Source of the DNA: an uncultured Bacteroidales bacterium
GTDB taxonomy: Bacteria; Bacteroidota; Bacteroidia; Bacteroidales; UBA12077
Assembly: GCA_964585385.1 (NCBI GenBank)
Contig: CAZPDP010000011.1
Span: forward strand, 1,086-65,085
DNA length: 64,000 nt
Direction of reading: 5' to 3'
Part shown: piece by piece, positions 48,866-57,461 of the stretch
Numbering within the stretch: position 1 is the stretch's first letter
Layout of the letters: each line of letters starts with the position of its first letter
The notes under the pieces: generated by a model
What the model was told of the DNA's origin: nothing
What the model saw: only the letters and a program-made list of their open reading frames with translations
The model's database searches: none
Program-made: the position numbers and the translations under genes

Positions 48866-50045
48866 ACTGTTCCACTGGAATTCGGACAGAAGCGCTTTCC
48901 CGGATGTTGGAGAAGACGGCAAACTTAATATTGACCTGGATTCACAAAAATATGTCAAGGTCTGGCACGGCCCCAATCACCCCGGTGTAACCGGTAATAT
49001 GTCGCTTGAACTCACCATAAGCGGCGATGAAGTACTTGAGGCCAAAACACACGTGGGATATCTTCACCGGGGATTCGAAAAGCTCTATGAAAGAAGAAGC
49101 TACATTCAGTGTTTTCCAACTGTTGTTCGAATGTGTGTTCCCGAACCCGATTCCAACGAATACAACCTGGCTGCAGGCATTGAAGAACTGGCCGGGCTGG
49201 AAATTCCTGAAGCAGCCAAATGGCACAGAACCCTGGCGCTTGAAATGTCCCGGTTGCAGTCGTTGTTGCGAATAATGCCCGCTCAGGCCGGTACTACAGG
49301 ACTCGGACTTGGTGTACAATGGGGTGTTTACCTTCGAGATCTCATCCTCGACAGATTTGAAGAATTAACAGGTGGCAGAATATATCATATGTACATGATT
49401 CCCGGTGGTGTCAGGGGATTAATACCGGAAGGTTTTAAAGATCGGCTTGAAGAAAATCTCAAAGAAATAGATGAGTTTATTATCAATATCAAAAAATTGG
49501 TCCTTGATAATTCTGTGTTCAAAAAGCGTACGGTAGGAAGAGGAGTTATTCCTGGAGACTGGATTGACAAATATAGTGTGGTAGGACCCAATGCACGGGC
49601 TGCAGGAGTAAACAGGGATATCCGTATCGACTATCCTTATCTGAAGTACGATGAACTGGACATTGAACCATTCACAGCAGAGGATTCCGATATTTATACC
49701 CGCACCTACACCCGCTGGATGGATATTCAGACCACTGTGGACCTGTTGAGACAAATTATGGACAAGCTTCCGGAAAAGGGAGAAATAAGAACAAAAACAC
49801 CTAACGTTCTGCACTGGGAGATTCCCAAGGGTGAAACTTACATCCGGTCCGAATCCTCAAGAGGAGAATATGGATTCTACATGGTTTCAGACGGCAGCAA
49901 GTACCCCAGACGTATTAACCTGAAAGGTCCGAGCTATTCTCATGCAGTAGCCCTGCTTGAAAAAATACTGATAAATGCCAATATAGCCGACATAGGGGCG
50001 ATTATGGTTTCATTGGCAACGTGCCCGCCGGAGATTGAGCGGTGA
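48852..50045 (+). CDS. mbxL: NuoD-like large subunit / MbxL; lacks complete NiFe-binding CxxC motifs
   Basis: 'HGPNHPGVTG', 'GYLHRGFEK'. The hydrogenase L1 and L2 motifs are reduced to RMCVPE and TCPPE. Confidence 0.85.
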   Translation: MKKNKLFHWNSDRSAFPDVGEDGKLNIDLDSQKYVKVWHGPNHPGVTGNMSLELTISGDEVLEAKTHVGYLHRGFEKLYERRSYIQCFPTVVRMCVPEPDSNEYNLAAGIEELAGLEIPEAAKWHRTLALEMSRLQSLLRIMPAQAGTTGLGLGVQWGVYLRDLILDRFEELTGGRIYHMYMIPGGVRGLIPEGFKDRLEENLKEIDEFIINIKKLVLDNSVFKKRTVGRGVIPGDWIDKYSVVGPNARAAGVNRDIRIDYPYLKYDELDIEPFTAEDSDIYTRTYTRWMDIQTTVDLLRQIMDKLPEKGEIRTKTPNVLHWEIPKGETYIRSESSRGEYGFYMVSDGSKYPRRINLKGPSYSHAVALLEKILINANIADIGAIMVSLATCPPEIER

Positions 50046-50050
50046 TATGT

Positions 50051-50139
50051 GTTTAAGGTTTAAGATTAAAAAAAGAGAATGTAAGTTGTCAGATAACAGA
50101 CACAAGATACCGGATACAAGATACATGATGCCTGATAAC
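50051..50139. repeat. Upstream heptamer arrays: (GTTTAAG)2 and about 7 x NGATACN
   Basis: AGATAAC AGACACA AGATACC GGATACA AGATACA TGATGCC TGATAAC at 50091-50139. Confidence 0.8.
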
Positions 50140-50215
50140 AGGATATCGAAGCATCGAAATGTTAGAATAGGATAATAAAAAGATAAAGCTTTCATTACAA
50201 TACTAAACTAATCAT

Positions 50216-50593
50216 ATGAGCTATAAGAAACTGGAAATTTGGAGTCTTGCCAGAGAACTGGTTGTAGACATACATAAAATGACTTTAAATGAACTTCCGA
50301 AATTTGAAATGTATGAAACAGCTTCCCAGATAAGAAGGTCTATTAAATCTGTTAAAGCCAATATAGTCGAAGGTTATGGAAGAAGAGAATACAAACAGGA
50401 ATTCATCAGATTTTTGACATTTGCAATAGCATCAAATGATGAAACGATTGATCATTTAGAAACTTTATATGAAACTGAATCTTTAAAAAATAAAAAGCTA
50501 TATGATGAAATACACCAGAAGTTAAATCTACTGAGTAAAAAATTGTTAAAGTTTCATGAAGTAGTAAATATCAATCACAAAACCCATAGATAA
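50216..50593 (+). CDS. Four-helix-bundle protein (23S rRNA IVS protein / TIGR02436-like family)
   Basis: '[21 protein letters not shown]', '[30 protein letters not shown]', '[15 protein letters not shown]'. Confidence 0.88.
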   Translation: MSYKKLEIWSLARELVVDIHKMTLNELPKFEMYETASQIRRSIKSVKANIVEGYGRREYKQEFIRFLTFAIASNDETIDHLETLYETESLKNKKLYDEIHQKLNLLSKKLLKFHEVVNINHKTHR

Positions 50594-50668
50594 AATCCGA
50601 TATCCGGTATCTGGTATCCCGTATCTGGTATCCGAAATCAATATTCGAAATTAAACTTCAAACTTTTA
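50592..50668. repeat. Downstream heptamer arrays, reverse complement of the upstream arrays
   Basis: GATATCC GGTATCT GGTATCC CGTATCT GGTATCC at 50599-50633; TAAACTTCAAAC at 50652-50663. Confidence 0.8.
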
Positions 50669-50679
50669 ACGAAAATACT

Positions 50680-52455
50680 ATGAACCTAAAAGACATACTA
50701 TCCCCCTTCTCAGCCTGGAAAAACTTATTGAAGGAACCGGTTACTGTTAAGGATCCAATCAATGAGAGACCTGGTGCACCAAGATACAGGGGATTTCACA
50801 AGAACGACATTGAAAAATGCATTGGTTGCGGAACCTGTGAAGAAATCTGTGAGAATGAGGCTATTGACCTTGTTGAAGTAGCCAGCATAGAAACTACCGA
50901 TGGTGACAGTGGACTCAGACCAAGAGTTGATTATGGACGATGCTGCTGGTGTGCTCTTTGCGTGGATGTTTGCCCCACCGGCTCACTCACCATGTCCAAT
51001 GAATATATATGGATTGATGAAAATCCTGATGTATTTCGTTATACTCCAGGCATCGAAAGCAAAGAATGGGACAACAACCAACTGGGATGGACCAAACCGG
51101 AGTACCCGTTGTATGAACCTGAGCGTGTTGATATGGTAGAGATGGACGCCGATGAACGCAAAAGTTCATTCCTTGAAATAGTCAGAGGTTATTCACGGGA
51201 ACAGGCTGAAAAAGAAGCTGACCGGTGCATTCAGTGCGGTATATGTGTTGCTACATGTCCTGCTCACATGGATATTCCGGGATATATAAAATCCGTTCGT
51301 GAAGGGGATATGGAAAAAGGACTTCATCTGCTTTATGATACCAACCCGCTTCCGGAAATCTGCGGGAGAGTTTGTACGCACAGATGTGAAACGGTTTGTG
51401 CTGTCGGACATGAAGGCGATCCGCTGGCTATTCGCTGGCTCAAGAGGTACATTGCGGATGCTGTACCTTTCGAGCAATACAAGGAAATTCTCGGCGTAAC
51501 AGATATTGAAGAAAACGGCAAAAAAGTGGGCATCATCGGAGCTGGTCCGGCAGGACTGGCAACTGCATATTACCTGAGAATAAAAGGCTTTGACGTCACT
51601 ATTTACGAAGCCAAATCCAAAGGCGGAGGCATGACCATGTATGGTATTCCCAAATACAGGCTCCCGCAAAATATGCTTGATTCTGAAATCGGTTTCATCG
51701 AAGATATTGGAGTGAACATTCATTACGAAACAAGAGTTGGTGAAGACATCAGTTTTGAAGAAATCTACGATAAGTTCGATGCAGTATTCGTAGGTATTGG
51801 ATTCCAACACCCCTATACACTTGCCATTGAAGGTGAAGACCTGAAAGGTTCTCTGCAGGCGATTGATTTCCTGGACAAGATTAATAAGAGCGAAAAGGTA
51901 GACATTGGAAAGAAAACAGCCATTATCGGCGGGGGCAATGTGGCCATGGATGCCGCCAGGGTGGCAAGAAGACTTGATACGGATGTAACAGTCCTGTACC
52001 GGCGAAGGGTACAAGATATGCCGGCAGACGAAGAAGAAATCGAAGGAGCTTACGATGAAGGAGTTAAAATTGAACCTCAAACAATACCGGTTAAGATTAT
52101 TCCGGATGAAAAAGGAAACGTGAAGGCCATTCAATACCTCCGGGCAGAACTGGTACAACAGGAGGAGGGAAAAAGACCCAGGCCTGTACCCATTGAAGGA
52201 AGCGAAGAAACACTGGAAGTGGACAGTGTGATCGGTGCCATCGGACAGGAAGCCAAATACACCTTCCTGCCGGAAAAATTCGAGAAACAACTTGAACTAA
52301 AACGCGGAAGAATGGTTGTAGATAAAAACAACAAAACTACAATCCATAAAATATATGCAGGTGGAGACGCTGTCAACAGAACGGCAGATGCTATCAGTGC
52401 AATTGCAGATGGACACCGGGCAGCAAATGGAATTGAAAAAATGCTATTAAAATAA
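50680..52455 (+). CDS. NuoI-like 2x[4Fe-4S] subunit (MbxN) fused to a GltD/SudA-like FAD-NAD(P)H oxidoreductase
   Basis: [11 protein letters not shown] and [12 protein letters not shown]; then [50 protein letters not shown]. Confidence 0.88.
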   Translation: MNLKDILSPFSAWKNLLKEPVTVKDPINERPGAPRYRGFHKNDIEKCIGCGTCEEICENEAIDLVEVASIETTDGDSGLRPRVDYGRCCWCALCVDVCPTGSLTMSNEYIWIDENPDVFRYTPGIESKEWDNNQLGWTKPEYPLYEPERVDMVEMDADERKSSFLEIVRGYSREQAEKEADRCIQCGICVATCPAHMDIPGYIKSVREGDMEKGLHLLYDTNPLPEICGRVCTHRCETVCAVGHEGDPLAIRWLKRYIADAVPFEQYKEILGVTDIEENGKKVGIIGAGPAGLATAYYLRIKGFDVTIYEAKSKGGGMTMYGIPKYRLPQNMLDSEIGFIEDIGVNIHYETRVGEDISFEEIYDKFDAVFVGIGFQHPYTLAIEGEDLKGSLQAIDFLDKINKSEKVDIGKKTAIIGGGNVAMDAARVARRLDTDVTVLYRRRVQDMPADEEEIEGAYDEGVKIEPQTIPVKIIPDEKGNVKAIQYLRAELVQQEEGKRPRPVPIEGSEETLEVDSVIGAIGQEAKYTFLPEKFEKQLELKRGRMVVDKNNKTTIHKIYAGGDAVNRTADAISAIADGHRAANGIEKMLLK

Positions 52456-52461
52456 AAGCTT

Positions 52462-52923
52462 ATGAATGAAAATTTTAGCAATCCAAGGGAAGTTATTGAC
52501 TTCGCCATTGAGCGCGAACAAGAAGCACACGATTTCTATCTGAACCTTAAAGAACATGTTAAATCCAAGGAACTACAGGATACATTAAACCAATTCGCCA
52601 TGGAAGAATTGGGTCATAAAAAGAAACTCCAGAGCATTATAGAGAAAACGGAAGAATATGGCTTTACCAAAGATGAGGTTACACATCTAAAAATCGGTGA
52701 TTATCTTGTTGACAAGACACCTACTGCTGACATGTCTTACCAGGATGTACTGATCATATCCATGAAAAAAGAAAAGAAATCCTATCTTCTTTACACCGAT
52801 CTGGCTCAAAGAGTAAACAATCCTGAGCTGAAAAAGATATTCAGTAACCTGGCCCAGGAAGAAGCGAGCCATAAATTAAGGTTTGAATTGGAATATGACG
52901 AACATATTCTTTCCGACAATTAA
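52462..52923 (+). CDS. Ferritin-like / rubrerythrin-family di-iron protein
   Basis: 'AIEREQEAHDFY', 'EELGH', 'EKKSYLLY', 'EEASH'; no rubredoxin domain. Confidence 0.82.
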   Translation: MNENFSNPREVIDFAIEREQEAHDFYLNLKEHVKSKELQDTLNQFAMEELGHKKKLQSIIEKTEEYGFTKDEVTHLKIGDYLVDKTPTADMSYQDVLIISMKKEKKSYLLYTDLAQRVNNPELKKIFSNLAQEEASHKLRFELEYDEHILSDN

Positions 52924-52978
52924 AAAAAAAGCCTGTTGTTGAAAGTCAATGTTCAATCAGGAACTTCCGGCAACAGGC
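52922..52978. terminator. Hairpin between convergent genes; U-tract on the minus strand
   Basis: A-run, GCCTGTTG...CAACAGGC. Confidence 0.55.
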
Positions 52979-52999
52979 AAATTCATATTTTCGATCAAC

Positions 53000-54097
53000 T
53001 TATTTTACTTCGTACTTCTTGTCAGCCACCAGGTTTACCAATCTGAAGGCCCTTTTTCTGAGTCCGAATACTGCCCGTTGATTGGACAGAACGATCACAT
53101 CTATATTTTCGGCGGGAAGTTTTAAAACAATATGGGTATTGCCATATCCAATACCTCCCTGGTAAAGAAATTTTCTTCCTTTGTTAAAAGCCTTTCTCCA
53201 ACCATAACCATAAAATTCCTTTGCTCCCCTTATGAAATTTAAGCGTTTAGCATGACTTAATGTGTTACTTTTCAGTATTTTTCCTGTATCCCAGCTTGCC
53301 ATCCATTTTTTCATATCTTCAAGGGTAGAATAAATACCTGTTACACCCCGCAGATATTCCTTACTCATTTCCTCTTCTACTTTTTCATAATCAGACTCTT
53401 CAGCAGACCCGACATTTTGGTATCCCCGGGCCTTATTTTTTATCTTATAAAACCAACCTCCTTTGTAGACTTCTGAATCCTGCATATTTAAGGGTTCAAA
53501 GATTTGGGATGTAATAAAATTCCTGTAATTCTCTCCGGATACTTTTTCAATGATTAAAGTAAGTAATGCATAATTGGCCGGGTTGTTAGCAGCCCGTGCA
53601 CCTGTCTTAAAAGCCAGTTTTTCATGCCGGTTCAGAAAATCTATAACATCTTCAGTTACAGAAATATCTTTTTTTCCTTCAGCCATATTAAGATAAGGCA
53701 AACCTGAAACATCCCGGAGAAGTTCATCAATCGTTATCTCTTTGGCATAGTCAGGCATTCCTTTTATATGACTGCTAACTTTTTCCTTATAATTCAGCTT
53801 ACCCTGATCTTTCAAAATTAAAATACCGGTAGCTGTAAACTGCTGGGTCAGAGAACCCAGGTTAAATTTTGTTGAAGAACTTACAGGTGTTTTCTCTTCC
53901 AGGTTGGCATAACCATAATTTTCCTGGATAACGGTTTCTTTTCCTTTCACCAGTACAATACTGAAGCCGGGAGATTGTTCTTCAAGATAATTCCTGAAAA
54001 TCTTTCGTGCTTTAATGCTTAAACTATCCTGAGAATAAGATAAAGTAACAGAAATAAAAAAGATTAGCAGACCGGCCAGTATATTTTTCAAACGCAT
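53000..54097 (-). CDS. Beta-lactamase/AmpC-fold serine-hydrolase family protein, secreted, with degenerate catalytic motifs
   Basis: Signal peptide, 'YGYANLE', 'FNLGSLTQQFTA', 'IIEKVSG', 'IFEPLNM', 'YGYGW'. Confidence 0.8.
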   Translation of the reverse strand: MRLKNILAGLLIFFISVTLSYSQDSLSIKARKIFRNYLEEQSPGFSIVLVKGKETVIQENYGYANLEEKTPVSSSTKFNLGSLTQQFTATGILILKDQGKLNYKEKVSSHIKGMPDYAKEITIDELLRDVSGLPYLNMAEGKKDISVTEDVIDFLNRHEKLAFKTGARAANNPANYALLTLIIEKVSGENYRNFITSQIFEPLNMQDSEVYKGGWFYKIKNKARGYQNVGSAEESDYEKVEEEMSKEYLRGVTGIYSTLEDMKKWMASWDTGKILKSNTLSHAKRLNFIRGAKEFYGYGWRKAFNKGRKFLYQGGIGYGNTHIVLKLPAENIDVIVLSNQRAVFGLRKRAFRLVNLVADKKYEVK

Positions 54098-54130
54098 AAA
54101 AAAATCTTTAATGGTATGAATTAAAAAATC

Positions 54131-55471
54131 CTATTTATGTCTTCCACAGTAAGTTTCAATCATTTCTTGTGCAGGCTCATAGCCATACTCGAGTGCTTTT
54201 TTAAAGTCAGCACAACCTTCAGGAAATTTATTCAGGTTGATTTTTGAAATGCCTCTGTTATAGAATGCCTGGGCATAAGTGCTGTCTAACTGAATAGCCT
54301 GGTTATAATCCTCAATAGCCTCTTCATGATTATTGAGAACTCCCTTTGAAACACCGCGGTAATAAAATGCCTGCTTGTAAGCGGAATCCAGTCCGATAGC
54401 TTTTGAGAACATATCAATGGATTGCTGAATATCATTCAGATTCGCCTTAGTCAGTCCTAACAAATAATATGCTCTTTCGTGTTTCGGAACCAGCTCAATC
54501 GTCTTTTGAAGGTATCTTTCAGCTTCATCAAAAGCACCCAGATGCATTTTTGCAAGTCCCAGATTGAACAATACTTTCTCATTTTCAGGTTCTTTTTTAA
54601 GCACTTTAGAAAAGTCGGTTACCGATTTTCGATATTGCCTGGTTTGAGCATAAGAATGGCCCCTGTAATACAGAGCATCACGGTGCTCCTGTTCGGATTT
54701 GAGAACATTGGAAAAATCCGGTATAGCTTTCTCATACTGCTGAAGTAAAAAATAAAGGTATCCTCTCTGATAATAGAGTTGCTTACTACCTCCTGTCATT
54801 TCAATCAGTTTGGTATAATCATCGATTGCACCTTTATAATCGTTAATTGCTGAACGGGCGTTCACCCTTTGCTGATATACACTCTGGTTATCCATACCCA
54901 GTTGTAATGCCTTCGAATAATCATCTACAGCTTTTTGTTGCTGATCTAATGCTTTATAAGCTGCTCCCCGTTTAAAATAAGCATCTGCAAACGAACTGTC
55001 AATGCGGATAACTTCTGAAAAGTCGTGTATAGCAGACTCATATTCTTTTTGGGAAAGATTAATAAGTCCCTTATGGTAATGAGCGGGTTTAAAGTCTTTA
55101 TTCAGATTCAATGCCTTAACAAAATCTTCTTTCGCTTTTTTTGTATCCCCTAATTCCCTGTATGACAAACCCCTGTAAAAATAAATATGATGTGATGCAG
55201 TATCCAGGGTGATGGCTTTTGAATAATTATCAATTGCTTCCTGGTATTTCCCAAGGGAATCATAGGAAAGACCTCTCCCGACATAGTATGCGGCCTGATC
55301 TTCATCAAACCAAATAGCCCTGTCATATTTTTCAACAGCCAGCGTAAATTGTGAAGAATCGTAATACATTTGTGCTTTCTCATAAGCCATTTCACCAAAT
55401 TTTGGCTTTAACAGAAAAAAAGCTATAATTAATACAATAAGAAAGGCAATAGGATAAATCCACTTTTTCAT
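54131..55471 (-). CDS. Tetratricopeptide repeat protein with an N-terminal membrane anchor
   Basis: More than 10 TPR units such as 'AYYVGRGLSY' and 'AFYNRGISK'. Confidence 0.88.
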   Translation of the reverse strand: MKKWIYPIAFLIVLIIAFFLLKPKFGEMAYEKAQMYYDSSQFTLAVEKYDRAIWFDEDQAAYYVGRGLSYDSLGKYQEAIDNYSKAITLDTASHHIYFYRGLSYRELGDTKKAKEDFVKALNLNKDFKPAHYHKGLINLSQKEYESAIHDFSEVIRIDSSFADAYFKRGAAYKALDQQQKAVDDYSKALQLGMDNQSVYQQRVNARSAINDYKGAIDDYTKLIEMTGGSKQLYYQRGYLYFLLQQYEKAIPDFSNVLKSEQEHRDALYYRGHSYAQTRQYRKSVTDFSKVLKKEPENEKVLFNLGLAKMHLGAFDEAERYLQKTIELVPKHERAYYLLGLTKANLNDIQQSIDMFSKAIGLDSAYKQAFYYRGVSKGVLNNHEEAIEDYNQAIQLDSTYAQAFYNRGISKINLNKFPEGCADFKKALEYGYEPAQEMIETYCGRHK

Positions 55472-55753
55472 AGCATAAAATTTTATGAATAATGCAGGTT
55501 AGTTATACCAACCATGCCAAAGATAAAGAATTAATAAACAAATTGAAACCTGCCTTATACATTTTATCAAGTATTGAGAAACACTAATCAAAATGTACTA
55601 TACAAAAAAAGATCTACAGAGAAAGGACATCCGCAGAATAATGGGTATTGAAAAAAAAAAATAAACAAGTAACCTTATAATTTTAAACTTTTTTTAATCT
55701 TTACTGTTATTCAATAAATTTGATAAAATAGGATGAATTATTCAAATAATTTT

Positions 55754-55761
55754 TATATTTG
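55754..55761 (+). promoter_or_regulatory. -7 promoter box of the trp operon
   Basis: TATATTTG, 19 nt before the first leader ATG. Confidence 0.6.
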
Positions 55762-55780
55762 TACCCATTAAAGAAACCAA

Positions 55781-55837
55781 ATGAAACCCGATACAATTAA
55801 AATATGGTGGCAGCTATTTTTCACGCAAACATCGTGA
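55781..55837 (+). CDS. trpL: trp leader peptide 1 (MKPDTIKIWWQLFFTQTS)
   Basis: Hand-translated. TGG TGG followed by the hairpin CAGCTAT..TCACG/CGTGA..ATAGCTG. Confidence 0.85.
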   Translation: MKPDTIKIWWQLFFTQTS

Positions 55838-55862
55838 GGAAAGATAGCTGTGTAAGAAATTA

Positions 55863-55893
55863 AAAGCTCATCGTACTCACGATGGGCTTTTTT
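55863..55893 (+). terminator. Attenuator terminator 1
   Basis: AAAGCTCATCGT-ACTC-ACGATGGGC-TTTTTT. Its CTCACGATG (55876-55884) is complementary to CATCGTGAG (55830-55838). Confidence 0.85.
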
Positions 55894-55915
55894 CATTTTA
55901 TAAAAACTTTAAACT

Positions 55916-55975
55916 ATGAATGCATTAAGAAACAACTATTGGTGGTGGTCCAAATTCTGCACAAAAACATTGTGA
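55916..55975 (+). CDS. trpL: trp leader peptide 2 (MNALRNNYWWWSKFCTKTL)
   Basis: Hand-translated. TGG TGG TGG. Confidence 0.85.
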   Translation: MNALRNNYWWWSKFCTKTL

Positions 55976-56003
55976 GATAAAAGGCCCATAGTATCTAAAA
56001 TCC

Positions 56004-56035
56004 AAAGCCCATCGCTCTCACGATGGGCTTTTTTT
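56004..56035 (+). terminator. Attenuator terminator 2
   Basis: AAAGCCCATCG-CTCTCA-CGATGGGC-TTTTTTT. Its CTCACGATG (56017-56025) pairs with CATTGTGAG (55968-55976), with one G-U. Confidence 0.85.
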
Positions 56036-56056
56036 GTACCAAAAAATTTTTAAACC

Positions 56057-57451
56057 ATGACAAAAATCCAAACACACACAAAAACAATGCTGGCCGATAT
56101 AACCACTCCTGTCAGCATCTACCTGAAGCTCAGGGATGAATTTCCAAACTCTGTTTTGCTTGAAAGTTCGGACATACATCACCTGGAGAACCGAAACTCT
56201 TACATATGCCTGGAGCCAAGGGCTGATTTTATTGTGAAAGACAACCAGATAATTCAGAAAACTCCTGAAGAAAAGGAGGAAGTTACATCAATAAATGAAC
56301 GGGAACAGGTGGAACAATCTCTTCAATCCTTTATCCAGTCATTTCAATTCTCCGGTAATGGCAATAACCTCAACGGTTTTTTTGGTTATATGGGATTTGA
56401 AGCCGTTCAATTCTTTGATAAAATCTCCTTCAATCCTGAAAAACCCAAGAATGATTTGCCCGTTATTCGTTACCACCTCTACAAATACATTATCTCCATC
56501 AATCACTTTAAAGACCAGCTAACCATAACCGAAAACCTCCTTCCGGGTGAAGATAGTGAGCTAGACAGGCTGAGCTTTCTTATTAAAAACAAACCCCTTT
56601 CGCATTACCCGTTTCAGCAGAACGGAGCAGAAAAAGCCAGCTTATCGGGTAATGAATTCAAATCGATGGTTTCAAAGGCAAAAGACCATTGCCGACGAGG
56701 AGATGTCTATCAACTGGTTCTATCGCGTAGGTTTTCAAAACCATTTAAAGGGGACGAACTCAACGTTTACCGGGCGCTCAGAAGCGTGAACCCCTCTCCT
56801 TACCTCTTCTATTTTGATTACGGGGACTACAAAATATTTGGATCCTCACCCGAAATGCAGCTCAGAACCCAGGAAGACAAAGCTACAATCAACCCTATTG
56901 CAGGTACATTCAGGAGAACAGGCAACGATGCAGAGGATGAAAAACTGGCTTCAAAGCTGTTACAGGACAGAAAAGAAAACGCTGAACACGTCATGCTGGT
57001 AGATCTGGCCCGGAACGACCTGAGCAAAAACGCTACCAATGTAAAGATCACAAAAATGAAAGAAATCCAGTTCTATTCTCATGTTATTCATATCGTCTCA
57101 AGGGTTGAAGGCAAACTGCAAAATGGCGTTTCACCCCTTAAAATCCTGGGCGATACTTTCCCTGCCGGAACACTGACAGGGGCTCCTAAAAATAAAGCGC
57201 TCCAGTTAATTGACCAGTATGAACCCACTCAACGTGGTTTTTATGGCGGTTGCATTGGATTTATTGGTATCCATGGAGAAACCAACCACGCCATCACTAT
57301 ACGGTCATTCCTAAGTATGAAAAACACACTTTATTACCAGGCTGGAGCTGGTATTACCAATGAATCCGAGGAAGAGAAGGAGTTGGAAGAAGTTGACAAT
57401 AAACTGGAAGCCCTCCGGAATGCCATCGAAATTGCAAGTAAAAACCTATAA
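56057..57451 (+). CDS. trpE: Anthranilate synthase component I
   Basis: 'ADITTPVSIYLKLR', 'LLESS', 'GDVYQLVLS', 'NPSPYLF', 'AEHVMLVDLARND', 'FPAGTLTGAPK'. Confidence 0.95.
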   Translation: MTKIQTHTKTMLADITTPVSIYLKLRDEFPNSVLLESSDIHHLENRNSYICLEPRADFIVKDNQIIQKTPEEKEEVTSINEREQVEQSLQSFIQSFQFSGNGNNLNGFFGYMGFEAVQFFDKISFNPEKPKNDLPVIRYHLYKYIISINHFKDQLTITENLLPGEDSELDRLSFLIKNKPLSHYPFQQNGAEKASLSGNEFKSMVSKAKDHCRRGDVYQLVLSRRFSKPFKGDELNVYRALRSVNPSPYLFYFDYGDYKIFGSSPEMQLRTQEDKATINPIAGTFRRTGNDAEDEKLASKLLQDRKENAEHVMLVDLARNDLSKNATNVKITKMKEIQFYSHVIHIVSRVEGKLQNGVSPLKILGDTFPAGTLTGAPKNKALQLIDQYEPTQRGFYGGCIGFIGIHGETNHAITIRSFLSMKNTLYYQAGAGITNESEEEKELEEVDNKLEALRNAIEIASKNL

Positions 57452-57461
57452 ATAAACAACT

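Noticed and set aside
48852-50045. Group 4 [NiFe]-hydrogenase large subunit
   Set aside because: Both CxxC Ni-binding motifs lack their second Cys (RMCVPE, TCPPE), and no maturation genes are present in the window.
50051-50668. CRISPR array or DGR
   Set aside because: The repeats are tandem 7-mers without spacers. No cas genes, reverse transcriptase or template/variable repeat pair is visible, despite the Avd-like fold family.
51193-52290. 365-aa minus-strand ORF
   Set aside because: It is the antisense shadow of the MbxN-GltD gene and has no recognisable motifs. The other short overlapping ORFs in the track were rejected for the same reason.
41109-52455. Canonical complex I (nuo) or a simple Mrp antiporter
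   Set aside because: There are no NuoA/J or NuoEFG genes, the Mrp E-F-G subunits are joined to Nuo H-B-C-D-I homologues, and the gene order matches mbx.
55472-55750. Short ORF MYYTKKDLQRKDIRRIMGIEKKK and a weak GCAGGTT/AACCTGC inverted repeat
   Set aside because: Too short, no homology cue, and compatible with chance in AT-rich intergenic DNA.
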